The notes: generated from the sequence alone by a model not told the origin. A stretch of 64,000 nucleotides of DNA from an uncultured Gammaproteobacteria bacterium (GCA_943788815.1 CALSRS010000002.1:230636-294635); one strand, 5' to 3'; numbered from the stretch's first letter, positions 28,260 to 40,398 are shown. Made by a program: numbers and translations.

Positions 28260-29303
28260 TTATTCCTGTGCAAGACGTTCTATCAAAAGCGACAATCCCT
28301 TGACCACTTTTGCCATACTTTCATAATCAAGCGTATCGTAAAGATCACTTGGTGAATGGTAATTCCTGTTTCTATAAAATGAAGTGTCAGTAATCATTAT
28401 CGCTGGAAAATCGTAATACCAATAAGATGCATGATCAGAACGCCTGATATCCCGCTCTATCCATTGTGGAGCGACCAGTCCTTCAGAGGGAAATAATTCC
28501 AGATCCCTGAAGTGTGTAATTGCCCTCATTTGAAAATCCCTTGATGACAGGTTTGATACAAACGCAATAAAATTCCCAGTATCTGGATAAAAATTCTGAA
28601 GTATAGCCGGATAACGCTGACTACCTGGCTCATTAGAATAATAACCAATCATTTCAAGCGAAATCATTCCCACAATTAATTCGGATCGTGTGTATGAACG
28701 CTTTGCACTATACATGCTTCCCATTTCAGTTTGTCTGTATCGTGGAACCTCTTCGTTAGCAAATGCAATAATTCTTACTGTTCTAGGGAACCGTTTGCCA
28801 CTTAAATATTTTGCAATTTCCAATAATCCTGCAATACCAGAGGCATTATCATCAGCGCCGGGGGTTAGCCACCTTGTGTCATAATGTGCCCCAATAACAA
28901 GGATTTCATCTCGCTTTTCCTGTCCGTAGATATCGACTTCTATATTTCTTAGATCATGTTCTCCAAATACCCTGCTCGTAGGGATGTACCCATAAGATTC
29001 TAGTTGTCGTTGTATATAATCGGCCGCCTGATCGAGCTTGATATTCTGTCCAGTACTGCGATCACCAATTTCATCTGATAAATAATAAACATGTTTTTCC
29101 AGTTGTAGACTTAAATCTTCCAACTCACTTGAATACTGTGGCATATCCCGTTGTATGGAAGTGCCCGGCATAGTGACAGCAAAAAATAGAAAAAACACAA
29201 AGAAAATAACAAGAACGACTGCAGAAATGATTACATTAATGACGATTTTTTTACTGTTATATTCCGGTTCGTCATCCTCAAGATAATCAGGATAATCATT
29301 CAT
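28260..29303 (-). CDS. Membrane-anchored M28-family zinc peptidase (YfbL-like)
   Basis: GAHYDT, PGADDNASG, NEEVP, LEMIGY and SDHASY; one N-terminal TM. Confidence 0.88.
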   Translation of the reverse strand: MNDYPDYLEDDEPEYNSKKIVINVIISAVVLVIFFVFFLFFAVTMPGTSIQRDMPQYSSELEDLSLQLEKHVYYLSDEIGDRSTGQNIKLDQAADYIQRQLESYGYIPTSRVFGEHDLRNIEVDIYGQEKRDEILVIGAHYDTRWLTPGADDNASGIAGLLEIAKYLSGKRFPRTVRIIAFANEEVPRYRQTEMGSMYSAKRSYTRSELIVGMISLEMIGYYSNEPGSQRYPAILQNFYPDTGNFIAFVSNLSSRDFQMRAITHFRDLELFPSEGLVAPQWIERDIRRSDHASYWYYDFPAIMITDTSFYRNRNYHSPSDLYDTLDYESMAKVVKGLSLLIERLAQE

Positions 29304-29321
29304 AACTAGTTCTTATATGCA

Positions 29322-29792
29322 CTAGTTTAAATCAGGAAGAGTAACTGTGTCACCGATAGAAATTTGATGTTTATCCACCTGGCCAGCATTTAATTCCAAT
29401 ACTCCCTTTACAGCTTGCCCTGAACTTATTCGATCCAGAGAAAATGGGACAGTATTTCTGGCAATATTAACAACCATGCCATTGCCATCAATAAACAGCA
29501 TATCTAGTGGAATGATTGTATTTTTCATCCACATTGTTGCTGGGCGTTCGGGGGAATATATAAATAGCATACCTTGATCTTCAGGCATATTATCTCGAAA
29601 CATCAATCCTCGCATCATTTGCGCTGGCGTCTTTGCTATTTCTATTTGATAGGTAACAGATGTGCCTTTGGATGTCGTAATCAGCAATGATTCAAGTACT
29701 GATTCTTTTCCATATAGGGTACTGGATGTCAGTGAAATAATTACCAAGAAGAATACATTTACAATTATTTTAATATTTTGCTTCATAAACAT
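29322..29792 (-). CDS. DUF192-family exported protein
   Basis: EIAKTP..MRGLMFR, GMLF, WMKNTIIPLDMLF and VLELNAG. Confidence 0.9.
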   Translation of the reverse strand: MFMKQNIKIIVNVFFLVIISLTSSTLYGKESVLESLLITTSKGTSVTYQIEIAKTPAQMMRGLMFRDNMPEDQGMLFIYSPERPATMWMKNTIIPLDMLFIDGNGMVVNIARNTVPFSLDRISSGQAVKGVLELNAGQVDKHQISIGDTVTLPDLN

Positions 29793-29808
29793 ACCTGATT
29801 AAAGTTGA

Positions 29809-30558
29809 TTAGTCCCTCTGTCGCAAGACCTCATATAAACAGACACCGGTTGCGACTGAAAGGTTCAGACTCTCAACAATACCATGTACAGGAAAACTGA
29901 CAAGAAAATCACAATGATCCCGGGTATTTTTTCTCAAACCCGTTCCTTCCCCTCCCATAACCATTGCAATAGGAGGTCGAAGATCCACATCATAAAGATT
30001 TTGTGTCGCTACGCTGTCTGTTCCTACTATCCAAATCCCAATCTCTTTTAACGACTTAATCGTTCTTGAGAGATTAGTAACAGATATTATAGGAGTATAT
30101 TCCACAGCGCCGCAGGCAACCTTTCGCACGGTCGATGTGACGGAGACGGTTTTGTCTTTAGGGATAATGACAGCCGCCACACCTGCCGCATTAGCAGTTC
30201 GGATACATGCGCCTAGATTATGTGGGTCCTGCACCCCATCGAGTATTAATAAAAGAGGTGGGGCATCCACACAGTTTTCGATAATTCTGGGTAAATCCTT
30301 TTCGGACCAGAGATCTCCAGATTTAATTTTTGCCATTACCCCCTGATGAACACCGTGATCAGTATGCTTGTCCATAACTAATTTGGATACGTGTTCAATA
30401 TTCAATTCGTTCTTCTCACATAACAATACAATTTCATTTAATTCCCTGGAATTTTTCTTCTTATCAATAATCCAAAGATTCAAGACCCTGTCAGGATTCT
30501 GTTTTATTAAATGGTGTACAGCATGTATGCCGTATATCGTTTCGTTTTTTTGATTCAT
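29809..30558 (-). CDS. rlmB: 23S rRNA (Gm2251) 2'-O-methyltransferase
   Basis: YGIHAV, HQGV, LDGVQDPHNLGACIR, GGEGTG and ESLNLSVATG; lies downstream of rnr. Confidence 0.95.
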   Translation of the reverse strand: MNQKNETIYGIHAVHHLIKQNPDRVLNLWIIDKKKNSRELNEIVLLCEKNELNIEHVSKLVMDKHTDHGVHQGVMAKIKSGDLWSEKDLPRIIENCVDAPPLLLILDGVQDPHNLGACIRTANAAGVAAVIIPKDKTVSVTSTVRKVACGAVEYTPIISVTNLSRTIKSLKEIGIWIVGTDSVATQNLYDVDLRPPIAMVMGGEGTGLRKNTRDHCDFLVSFPVHGIVESLNLSVATGVCLYEVLRQRD

Positions 30559-30589
30559 TCAATGAAAATATTATTGTTTAAGAAACTTA

Positions 30590-32731
30590 CTATACCAACT
30601 CAAAATCTATCTTATTATCTTCCGTATTTACTTTGATTAATTTAACTTTCAATGGCTCACCAAGTCGGTAGATACGTCGTGTCTTTTCACCTTTAAGCTG
30701 ATGATGAATACTATCATGATGATAATAATCAGCTGGCAGGCTGGTCACATGAACCAAGCCCTCCACAAAAACATCCGTCAGCTCGACAAATAGTCCAAAT
30801 GCTGTAACACCTGATATTAGTCCCTGAAAATTCTCACCTATTCTGTCCTTCATATACTCACATTTTAATCTTTGTACCACATCGCGACTTGCTTCTTCTG
30901 CTCGCCTTTCAGTCATAGAGCAATGGTTTCCATATTCATGCATATTTTCAGTAGTATATGGGTACTTATTTTTTTTATCAGTCGCCAGGTGCTTGATGCC
31001 TCTATGGACAATCAAGTCGGGATAACGCCTGATTGGAGAAGTAAAATGTGTATACGCTTCAAATGCCAATCCAAAATGTCCCATATTTGATTCACCATAA
31101 TATGCAAGCGGCATGCTTCTTAGCATTACTGTTTGAATCAGATGTGCTTCCGGCTTGTTCTGGATCTTGTCCATTACCCTTGCATAATCATCTGTAGTTG
31201 GTTCTTTTATATTACCTAGTCCTAGACCAAATGATTTCAAAAATATATTTAAATTCTCAAGTTTTTCCTGCTTTGGACAATCATGTACTCTAAACAAGGA
31301 AGGTAATTTATTTTCAAGTAAATAGTTAGCTGCTGAGGTATTTGCTGCTAACATAAATTCTTCAATCAGGCGATGTGCTTCGTTTCGAACTAGTGGATCA
31401 ATTGATCTGATATCTCCTTTATCATCAAAATTTATAACTGATTCCAGGGTTTTAAATTCCAACATCCCTTGCTTCTTTCTATACTTATGCATCATTGAAT
31501 ACAGTTCTGACAAGGCATCCAGGTGAACCAGAAGTTTGGCATATTTGGAACGTAGATCTTTTTTCACATCAAACACACAAGCATTCATTATTGTATATGT
31601 CAGTCTAGATGCTGAGCGTATCGCTGCCTTATAAAACTGATAATCAACAATTTTCCCTGACTTACTAATTTTCATTTCACAGACCATAACTAACCTGATC
31701 TGATCTGGCACAAGTGAACACAGATTATTTGAAAGCACCTCAGGTAACATGGGCACTACACGGTCGGGGAAATAGACGGAGGTTCCACGTTTGTAGGCTT
31801 CTGTATCAAGTGATGTAAAAGGCCTTACATAATGAGAAACATCCGCAATAGCCACATATAAAGACCAGTTATCTCCAGATTTTTTACAAAATACAGCATC
31901 ATCGAAATCTCTTGCATCCTCTCCATCTATCGTTACAAATGGAAGATGAGTCAGGTCTCGTCGACTAGATGAAATATTGACTTCTTGCTGCTCAATTCCT
32001 TTAATTTCTTCTACAACTGCAACTGGCCATTCATAAGGAATCTCATAGGAACGTATCGCAATATCAGTGGCGATGTTTGTTGAATAATGATCAGTAATAA
32101 TTTCAACAATCTTGCCCACTGGCTGGGTATGTTTATCAGGTTGCCTGGTTAATCTGACAACAACATATTGTCCATGCTTTGCCTTTTTCTCGCTCCCGGG
32201 AGGAATAAAAATATCTTGATGAATTCGTTTATTGTCTGGTGTAACAAACCCGATTTCACTTTCCTTGAAATATTTACCAACAATAGTTTCATTTCCCCGC
32301 TCTACAACCTCTATCAGTTCACCTTCCTTTTTACCTCGTCGATTTATGCCTGATACACGAACAATGGCACGATCACCATTTAACAAAGATCGCATTTGTT
32401 TTCCGGAAAGATATATATCTTCATTACCTTCATCAGGAACAAGAAAACCATATCCATCTCTATTTCCAATTACTTTACCAGCAACCAGGTCCATTTTATT
32501 CACCAGGCCGTAACCACCGCGACGATTTCTAATTAATTGTCCATCTCGAACCATTGCCTTGAGACGCTTACGTAGAGCTTTACGTTCTTCCACCGAGTTC
32601 ATATCGAAACGGCTTGCAATTTTTTTTGAATTTAATGGGTGCCCTGATTTATCAAGTATTTTCAGGATATCATCCCGAGAAGGGATGCTTATAGTATGTT
32701 GCTCATGCGCTTTGGATTGTTTTCGTTTCAA
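30590..32731 (-). CDS. rnr: Ribonuclease R
   Basis: HTH and CSD N-terminus, TIDGEDARDFDDA, AHRLIEEFML, YTHFTSPIRRYPDL and S1 domain. Confidence 0.96.
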   Translation of the reverse strand: MKRKQSKAHEQHTISIPSRDDILKILDKSGHPLNSKKIASRFDMNSVEERKALRKRLKAMVRDGQLIRNRRGGYGLVNKMDLVAGKVIGNRDGYGFLVPDEGNEDIYLSGKQMRSLLNGDRAIVRVSGINRRGKKEGELIEVVERGNETIVGKYFKESEIGFVTPDNKRIHQDIFIPPGSEKKAKHGQYVVVRLTRQPDKHTQPVGKIVEIITDHYSTNIATDIAIRSYEIPYEWPVAVVEEIKGIEQQEVNISSSRRDLTHLPFVTIDGEDARDFDDAVFCKKSGDNWSLYVAIADVSHYVRPFTSLDTEAYKRGTSVYFPDRVVPMLPEVLSNNLCSLVPDQIRLVMVCEMKISKSGKIVDYQFYKAAIRSASRLTYTIMNACVFDVKKDLRSKYAKLLVHLDALSELYSMMHKYRKKQGMLEFKTLESVINFDDKGDIRSIDPLVRNEAHRLIEEFMLAANTSAANYLLENKLPSLFRVHDCPKQEKLENLNIFLKSFGLGLGNIKEPTTDDYARVMDKIQNKPEAHLIQTVMLRSMPLAYYGESNMGHFGLAFEAYTHFTSPIRRYPDLIVHRGIKHLATDKKNKYPYTTENMHEYGNHCSMTERRAEEASRDVVQRLKCEYMKDRIGENFQGLISGVTAFGLFVELTDVFVEGLVHVTSLPADYYHHDSIHHQLKGEKTRRIYRLGEPLKVKLIKVNTEDNKIDFELV

Positions 32732-32753
32732 TTTCGTATTCCAGTGCGTATCA

Positions 32754-32788
32754 TTGACAAGTATCCAGTGTATCGGTAAAGTCCGCCG
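32754..32788 (+). promoter_or_regulatory. Sigma70 promoter of tRNA-Leu with GC-rich discriminator
   Basis: TTGACA (32754-32759), 17-bp spacer, TAAAGT (32777-32782), then CCGCCG. Confidence 0.7.
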
Positions 32789-32811
32789 TTACTTTCCGTG
32801 TATGTTACCTT

Positions 32812-32898
32812 GCCGAGGTGGCGGAATTGGTAGACGCGCTAGCTTCAGGTGCTAGTTGGGGCAACTCAGTGGAGGTTCAAGTCCTCTTCTCGGCACCA
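32812..32898 (+). tRNA. tRNA-Leu (CAG)
   Basis: Acceptor stem GCCGAGG/TCTCGGC-A-CCA; D-loop GGAATTGGTAGAC; anticodon arm CTAGC-TTCAGGT-GCTAG; long variable arm; GGTTCAAGTCC T-arm. Confidence 0.97.
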
Positions 32899-32913
32899 TC
32901 TTTACTAATATTA

Positions 32914-34218
<1,305 letters not shown>

Positions 34219-34260
34219 CTAATATCAAAAATTATGGCTTGACGCCCGTTATGATTCGAA

Positions 34261-35445
34261 TTAACTCAGATCCCGTATCTTCCATCGCCCACCATCAAGA
34301 TACAATTCACGATCGCATCCCATAGTTTTTGCATCACCCGCCTGACCTGATAACTGATAAATAACTTTCTCACCTTTTTTTCTCAAATCATTCACGGCAT
34401 CATTTAATCCCGGCACATCAGAACCAGGAGCAAATATGACTGATTTATTTGTATCTTCATGAACGCTAAGTTCGTAAAGTAATTTTACATCAGAACTAAA
34501 GCCCGTAGCAGGACGGAAACGTCCACATTCTTTACCAATATCATCATATCGACCACCGAAGGCAATTCCCTGCCCCTGTCCATGGGTATATGCAGTAAAC
34601 ATCATTGCATTATGATAGTTATAACCACCAAGATCAGACAGGTCATACATTAATGATGCATCCTTAACATGCTTTTGGGTTAAGTCAGAAATCTGTTCCA
34701 GTTCATCGATACAGTTAATTATGGTCATATCCACTTTATTAAAAAGTTTTCGTGCTTCATCAAGAACAGTGTGATCGCCATATAATTCCATTAAAGATAA
34801 TGTCACATCATGTAGTTTTGGTGATATTTTCCAGGATTTCAGTGCCTGATCCAATTCAGTTTTTGCCTTTTTTTGTAACAAGGAAAAAATAATTGCTTCT
34901 TGTTCTGTTGTTACTTCCAGTAAGTTCATAAGTCGACGGTAGATGCCCATGTGACCTATATCGACATATACATTTCGAATCCCGGAGATCTGCAGAGTCA
35001 TTAACATTAATGATAATATTTCCGCATCACTTTCAACGCCACCATGACCGTATAATTCAGTACCTATTTGCATGGGAGCACGCGTCCCACCAAGGGTCCG
35101 GGTACGAGTATGTAGGGTCGTACCGAAATAACATAACCTCACAGGAATATCGCGTTTAATTAGACTACTATCAATTCTTGCAACCTGGGGAGTCATATCA
35201 GCACGAACTCCCATTAAACGACCCGTAAGTTGATCCGTAATCTTGAATGTTTTTAAATCAAGATCTTTACCAGTTCCTGTTAATAGCGAATCCAGGTATT
35301 CAATCAAAGGTGGTATGACCAGTTCATAGCCCCAACTATCAAACTGGTCAATAATTTTTCGGGACAAGAGTTCCAATTGATAGGCGTGCGGCGGCAGAAC
35401 TTCTTCAATACCCTCAGGTAATATCCACGACTTACTATCTGACAT
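34261..35445 (-). CDS. hisZ: ATP phosphoribosyltransferase regulatory subunit
   Basis: WILPEGIEEVLP, DQLTGRLMGVRADMTPQVARID, GGRYD and RPATGFS; position upstream of purA. Confidence 0.93.
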   Translation of the reverse strand: MSDSKSWILPEGIEEVLPPHAYQLELLSRKIIDQFDSWGYELVIPPLIEYLDSLLTGTGKDLDLKTFKITDQLTGRLMGVRADMTPQVARIDSSLIKRDIPVRLCYFGTTLHTRTRTLGGTRAPMQIGTELYGHGGVESDAEILSLMLMTLQISGIRNVYVDIGHMGIYRRLMNLLEVTTEQEAIIFSLLQKKAKTELDQALKSWKISPKLHDVTLSLMELYGDHTVLDEARKLFNKVDMTIINCIDELEQISDLTQKHVKDASLMYDLSDLGGYNYHNAMMFTAYTHGQGQGIAFGGRYDDIGKECGRFRPATGFSSDVKLLYELSVHEDTNKSVIFAPGSDVPGLNDAVNDLRKKGEKVIYQLSGQAGDAKTMGCDRELYLDGGRWKIRDLS

Positions 35446-35448
35446 TTT

Positions 35449-35634
35449 TTAGCGCACCAAATACAAAAAAATCAAACCCAGTAACATACTTGTTAATCCC
35501 ATAATTCTTAGGTTGGTATTAGTTAATTGAGAGGCCATCATAAACATTTTGCGGACACCATCGGGATTTAAAAACGGCATTATTCCTTCTATTACGAAAA
35601 CCAGTGCCAGAGCAGTCAATAAATCAGTCCACAT
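35449..35634 (-). CDS. yjeT: DUF2065 small membrane protein
   Basis: ALALVFVIEGIMPFLNP...LRIMGL; position between hflC and hisZ/purA. Confidence 0.9.
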   Translation of the reverse strand: MWTDLLTALALVFVIEGIMPFLNPDGVRKMFMMASQLTNTNLRIMGLTSMLLGLIFLYLVR

Positions 35635-35679
35635 GGATCTGAGTAAGTAGCGTATCGTAAGGTGGATGTATTGTTGCGG

Positions 35680-36549
35680 CTATTTTCCTTGCTGACCTCT
35701 GAAATATTTAAAAAAATCTGAATCAGGCTTGAGAATCATAATATCATTATTACCGATAAAACTGTTCTGATAAGCAATTAAACTTCGATAAAATGAGAAA
35801 AACTCCTGATCTTTCCCATACGCTGATGCATAAATTTCCGTCGCCTGAGCATCACCTTCACCTCGTATGGTTTCAGCATCCCGGTATGCATTTGCAAGTA
35901 TGATTTCCTGCTCGCGATCTGCGTTTGCACGTATTCTTTCAGAAGCTTCACCGCCTCTTGCCCTGAAGTCCTTGGCAACCCGGGTTCGTTCTGCCTTCAT
36001 CCTGTCATAAACGGAAGAGCTAACCTCCTCGGGCAAATCTATCTTCTTTGTCCTGACATCAACGACATCAATCCCAAGTTCTCCCTGCACCATTTCTGTG
36101 GTTGATTGAACAATATCCAGAATTTCACCTCTAGCACCAGCAACAACTTCCTGTACTGTTCTTCTACCAAATTCATCACGTAGGGCCCGATTAATTCTTT
36201 GACCAAGCAGACCATTGGCATATTGAATATCTCCCCCACGAGTTGCCGTATAAAACTCCTCAACATTGGATATTCGCCACTTCACATAGTAATCAACAAG
36301 TACATCCTTTTTCTCGATAGTCAAAAACCGTTGTTCTTCCTGATCAAAATTTAAAAGGCGTGTTTCAAATTTTTGTACTGTATTAATCCATGGAATCATA
36401 AAATGCAAACCTGGCTCGTTAACAGTATCCTGAACTTCTCTGAACTTGAATACTATCGCCTGTTCCCATTGATACACCCTGAACATTGATAAATACGCAA
36501 GAATCAACCCAATAACGACAACCGGGACCAAACCTCTTATAAATGCCAT
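35680..36549 (-). CDS. hflC: FtsH protease modulator HflC
   Basis: SPFH domain; VYDRMKAER, GEGDAQA and FFSFYRSL. Confidence 0.95.
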   Translation of the reverse strand: MAFIRGLVPVVVIGLILAYLSMFRVYQWEQAIVFKFREVQDTVNEPGLHFMIPWINTVQKFETRLLNFDQEEQRFLTIEKKDVLVDYYVKWRISNVEEFYTATRGGDIQYANGLLGQRINRALRDEFGRRTVQEVVAGARGEILDIVQSTTEMVQGELGIDVVDVRTKKIDLPEEVSSSVYDRMKAERTRVAKDFRARGGEASERIRANADREQEIILANAYRDAETIRGEGDAQATEIYASAYGKDQEFFSFYRSLIAYQNSFIGNNDIMILKPDSDFFKYFRGQQGK

Positions 36550-37709
36550 TATCTTGCCCCCCTGTCTCTAGCGTTAGACCTATCATACTGATTTATTGGT
36601 GCCTGAAATGTTGATGAACCTGATAATGGTGGTTCAATAGTATTGGATAATGAAGTACTTCCTCGAGGGTTGTTTTCGATCATTTTATCCAGAGGTAAAT
36701 ACATCAGGCTATTACCCCCATCTCCGTCCAGCAGAACTTTATTTGAATTTGATAGGACCTGTTGCATCGTTTCAAGATAAAGCCGTTCACGTGTCACAGC
36801 TGGAGCACGCTCATATTCAGTAAGTACTTGTTCAAATCTAGCTGCATTTCCTTCTGCTTCTGCGATTACTCTCGCCTTATATCCATTTGACTGTTCTCTT
36901 GCCCTTGCTGCTGCGCCTCTGGCTTGTGGGATTATTTCATTACGGTAGGCTTCCGCCTCGTTCACTAATCGTTGCTCATCTTCACGCGCCTTAATAGCAT
37001 CATCAAATGCAGCTTTAACTGGCTCTGGTGGCTTGGCAGTCTGCATATCGACCTTAACGATCAAAATACCAGAATTATAATCCGTTAGTATCTGTTGCAT
37101 CAGAGCCTCCTGGCTTTGGGCCACATCACTACGACCTTCAGTTAGCACATAATCCAGGGTGCTTTTTCCTATGACACTCCTGACTGCACTTTCAGCGACC
37201 TGTTGCAAGGTCATTTCAGGTTGCACTACATTAAACCTATAATTTGTCGGCTCCATAATTCGCCACTGAACAGCTACCTCTACGTCCACAATGTTCTCAT
37301 CTTGAGTAAGCATGGATGTTTTGTGCTGTATAGACCTGACCTGGCCTACATTAAACCTTTCTACATTATCGATAACACTGGGTAATGCGAAGTTCAAGCC
37401 CGGCTGCATCGTTTTTACATATTGACCGAAACGTAAGACCAGTCCTTTTTCTTGTTGGTCAATTGTATATGTGATGTCATAGACCAAGGCAACGGTCAGT
37501 GCGGCGAGGATTCCAAGTATTAATAAGGGAGAACCATTACTACCGCCACCTATAGTAGATGGTGATTTACGACCAAATATGCCTCCCAGGCCTTCTTGCA
37601 TCTTTTTTACAATTTCATCCAGATCAGGGGGGCCATCATTTCCACCACCTGGTCCTTTACTCCAGGGGTCCTTATCTTTTTTTTCACCGCCAGGTTCATT
37701 CCAACCCAT
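36549..37709 (-). CDS. hflK: FtsH protease modulator HflK
   Basis: MGWNEPGG, DPW, GPPDLDE, MLTQDENIV, AFDDAIKAREDE and TRERLYLET. Confidence 0.96.
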   Translation of the reverse strand: MGWNEPGGEKKDKDPWSKGPGGGNDGPPDLDEIVKKMQEGLGGIFGRKSPSTIGGGSNGSPLLILGILAALTVALVYDITYTIDQQEKGLVLRFGQYVKTMQPGLNFALPSVIDNVERFNVGQVRSIQHKTSMLTQDENIVDVEVAVQWRIMEPTNYRFNVVQPEMTLQQVAESAVRSVIGKSTLDYVLTEGRSDVAQSQEALMQQILTDYNSGILIVKVDMQTAKPPEPVKAAFDDAIKAREDEQRLVNEAEAYRNEIIPQARGAAARAREQSNGYKARVIAEAEGNAARFEQVLTEYERAPAVTRERLYLETMQQVLSNSNKVLLDGDGGNSLMYLPLDKMIENNPRGSTSLSNTIEPPLSGSSTFQAPINQYDRSNARDRGAR

Positions 37710-37793
37710 TATTTAACTCCACTAATAATTTAAAAACGTCGTATTTAATCCTAAGATTATTGTTAGATATCCTACCATACTATCCACCAAATT

Positions 37794-39074
37794 TTACTGG
37801 ATCATGGACAACAGATTTCCACTATCCCTGAATATCCTCTCCAATGAGGGCTGGTCGATACTTACATCTATCAACCAACCACCTTCACCATCGAGCACTT
37901 CATGGCAGACTGCCCCTTTTTCAAACAGACTGGCGCGTATTTTTCCTGCATCTGCAGGTACATGAAGTTTAAACGTTTGTTTCTCCGCCCTGATATATTT
38001 ACCTATTAACTCCCTTAGTTCGTTTTCGCCTTCTCCGGAATGTGCAGATAACCAGCATTTTGCAACGTCACCTGGATTATCAATCACATGGGCTTGAACC
38101 CGATCTGTTACATCAATCTTGTTAAATACCATTACCTGAGGAACCACATCAGCACCAATTTGCTCGATCACCGAATTCACCTGGGCAATATGTTCGTCTC
38201 GTTGTTCATCGTTCACATCCACGACATGCAACAATAAATCAGCTGATTTAACCTCTTCAAGAGTAGCGTGAAACGCCTGAATCAAATCATGTGGGATATG
38301 GCGTATAAATCCGACCGTATCACTGAGTATGATTTTATAGCCCGGAAATAGTTCTAGCCGTCTTAATGTGGGATCCAATGTGGCAAAAAGTTTATCTGCA
38401 GTATAGACACTGGCACCACTTAGTCGATTAAATAGAGTGGATTTTCCTGCATTAGTATAACCTACCAGGGAAACCACTGGCACACCGGATCGTTTCCTCC
38501 ATTTTCTGCCCTGATTTCGTTGACTTCTTACCTTACTCAAGCGGTTATTTATTGCTTTTATACGGTTTCCGATCAATCTTCGGTCAGTTTCAAGCTGCGT
38601 CTCGCCAGGTCCTCTTAAACCAATCCCTCCCTTTTGTCTTTCAAGGTGAGTCCATCCCCTAATGAGACGAGTAGATAGATGTTGTAATTGGGCAAGTTCA
38701 ACCTGTAACTTGCCTTCGTAACTTCTTGCCCTGAGTGCAAAAATATCTAAAATTAGGCCAACTCTGTCAAGAACTCGGCACTTTATCTCTTTTTCCAGGT
38801 TCCTTTCCTGTGCAGGCGTCAATTCGTGGTTAAATATAACTAGATCAGGCTTATGTGCTTGAACGAATTCCGAAATTTCTTCCACTTTACCTTTACCAAT
38901 AAAAAACCTGGCATCTGGTTTGTACCTTTGACCACCAATAATTATATCCGGCGACAAGCCTGTCGATTCCACCAACTGAATAAATTCATCCAGTTCCTCG
39001 TCGAATCGTGGCGTATTGAAGTCTATACTTACAAGTACTGCTCGTTTGACTTGCGCATCATCAACTTCAGTCAA
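37794..39074 (-). CDS. hflX: Ribosome-splitting GTPase HflX
   Basis: GPGETQLETDRR, GYTNAGKST, LFATLDPT, DTVGF and NKID. Confidence 0.96.
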   Translation of the reverse strand: MTEVDDAQVKRAVLVSIDFNTPRFDEELDEFIQLVESTGLSPDIIIGGQRYKPDARFFIGKGKVEEISEFVQAHKPDLVIFNHELTPAQERNLEKEIKCRVLDRVGLILDIFALRARSYEGKLQVELAQLQHLSTRLIRGWTHLERQKGGIGLRGPGETQLETDRRLIGNRIKAINNRLSKVRSQRNQGRKWRKRSGVPVVSLVGYTNAGKSTLFNRLSGASVYTADKLFATLDPTLRRLELFPGYKIILSDTVGFIRHIPHDLIQAFHATLEEVKSADLLLHVVDVNDEQRDEHIAQVNSVIEQIGADVVPQVMVFNKIDVTDRVQAHVIDNPGDVAKCWLSAHSGEGENELRELIGKYIRAEKQTFKLHVPADAGKIRASLFEKGAVCHEVLDGEGGWLIDVSIDQPSLERIFRDSGNLLSMIQ

Positions 39075-39098
39075 ATCAGTAATTACCTATCTGAATAA

Positions 39099-39341
39099 TC
39101 AAATGTTTTCACTATCCTCATCAGGTCTTGGCAATTTAACATTTCGAGTCGGAACAATGGTTGAAACAGCATGTTTATAGACAAGTTGACTAACTGAATT
39201 TCTTAATAAAATGACAAATTGGTCAAATGATTCAACTTGCCCCTGTAGTTTAATTCCATTAACGAGATAAATCGCAACTGGAATTCTGTCCTTACGTAAT
39301 GCATTAAGAAAGGGATCCTGCAATGTATGCCCCTTACTCAT
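39099..39341 (-). CDS. hfq: RNA chaperone Hfq
   Basis: [20 protein letters not shown] and VYKHAVST. Confidence 0.98.
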   Translation of the reverse strand: MSKGHTLQDPFLNALRKDRIPVAIYLVNGIKLQGQVESFDQFVILLRNSVSQLVYKHAVSTIVPTRNVKLPRPDEDSENI

Positions 39342-39438
39342 GATGGCTCTCCTTTTTTTTATATATCGTTATAGTTATGTTTATTTCTTCCATGACGTCA
39401 GTCCCTGACCCTCCAACTCCTAATACCTCCATAGTTTA

Positions 39439-40398
39439 CTATGTGAAATTATAGAGTGCACGAGACTCAATATAATTTCGTAAATAATGAGATATTTGTG
39501 TCATTTCACTGTCTACCCAATGCGCATTTTCCTCCCTTCGAAGCCAGGTATACTGCCTTTTTGCCAACTGACGGGTAGCTATTATTCCCTTACTTATCAT
39601 TTGCTTATACGATAATTCTCCGTCAAGATATGACCAGACCTGGCGGTAACCTACCAGACGCATTGAAGGTAAGCTAACATGCAGTTTATTTTGTTTTTGA
39701 AGTCCTTTTACCTCCTCAACCAATCCTCTATCTAGCATTTGCATAAATCGCACTTCAATCGTGTTGTGTAGCTGATCCTTGTTGTTTGGGGCAACGACCA
39801 GCTTAATAACAGGGCTTTCTATGCAATTTACACGTCCTTGGCTATACCAATTAGAAGCCGGCTTGCCGGTTTCTTCATATATCTCCAGTGCGCGTTGTAT
39901 ACGCTGAGGATCATTTTTATGAATACGACTTTCTGATTGGGGATCCACACTAAGCAACCTGGAATAAAGTGCAGCCAATCCCTTTTCACTTAATTCTTGT
40001 TCTAATCGAGCACGAATCTCTGGATTTGCTTCCGGCAAAGGCGAAAATCCCTGTTCAAGGCTACGAAAATATAAGCCTGTCCCTCCAACCAACAATGGGA
40101 TTCTTCCTTTTGATTGAATTGCTTCAATTTCCCTTTTGGCATCACAAACAAAATTTCCAGCAGAATATATATCGACAGGATCGCAGATATTGATGAGTCG
40201 GTGCGGCGCAATATTAAGAATATCTTCACTGGGTTTAGCCGTACCAATATCCAATCCACGATACACCATGGCAGAATCAACGCTGATTATATCCACGGGA
40301 AGCTGCTGCACCAGTTCAGATGCGATTTGCGTTTTACCACTAGCAGTGGGTCCCATCAAAAATATTACTGGTATTTTTTTTCTACTTTCAGTTGCCAT
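39439..40398 (-). CDS. miaA: tRNA dimethylallyltransferase
   Basis: MGPTASGKT, SVDSAMVYRGLDIGTAKP and TRQLAKRQYTW. Confidence 0.97.
   Translation of the reverse strand: MATESRKKIPVIFLMGPTASGKTQIASELVQQLPVDIISVDSAMVYRGLDIGTAKPSEDILNIAPHRLINICDPVDIYSAGNFVCDAKREIEAIQSKGRIPLLVGGTGLYFRSLEQGFSPLPEANPEIRARLEQELSEKGLAALYSRLLSVDPQSESRIHKNDPQRIQRALEIYEETGKPASNWYSQGRVNCIESPVIKLVVAPNNKDQLHNTIEVRFMQMLDRGLVEEVKGLQKQNKLHVSLPSMRLVGYRQVWSYLDGELSYKQMISKGIIATRQLAKRQYTWLRREENAHWVDSEMTQISHYLRNYIESRALYNFT

Noticed and set aside
32812-32913. tRNA-Leu as an integration site for a genomic island
   Set aside because: It is flanked directly by rnr and purA; I saw no integrase or duplicated tRNA 3' end.
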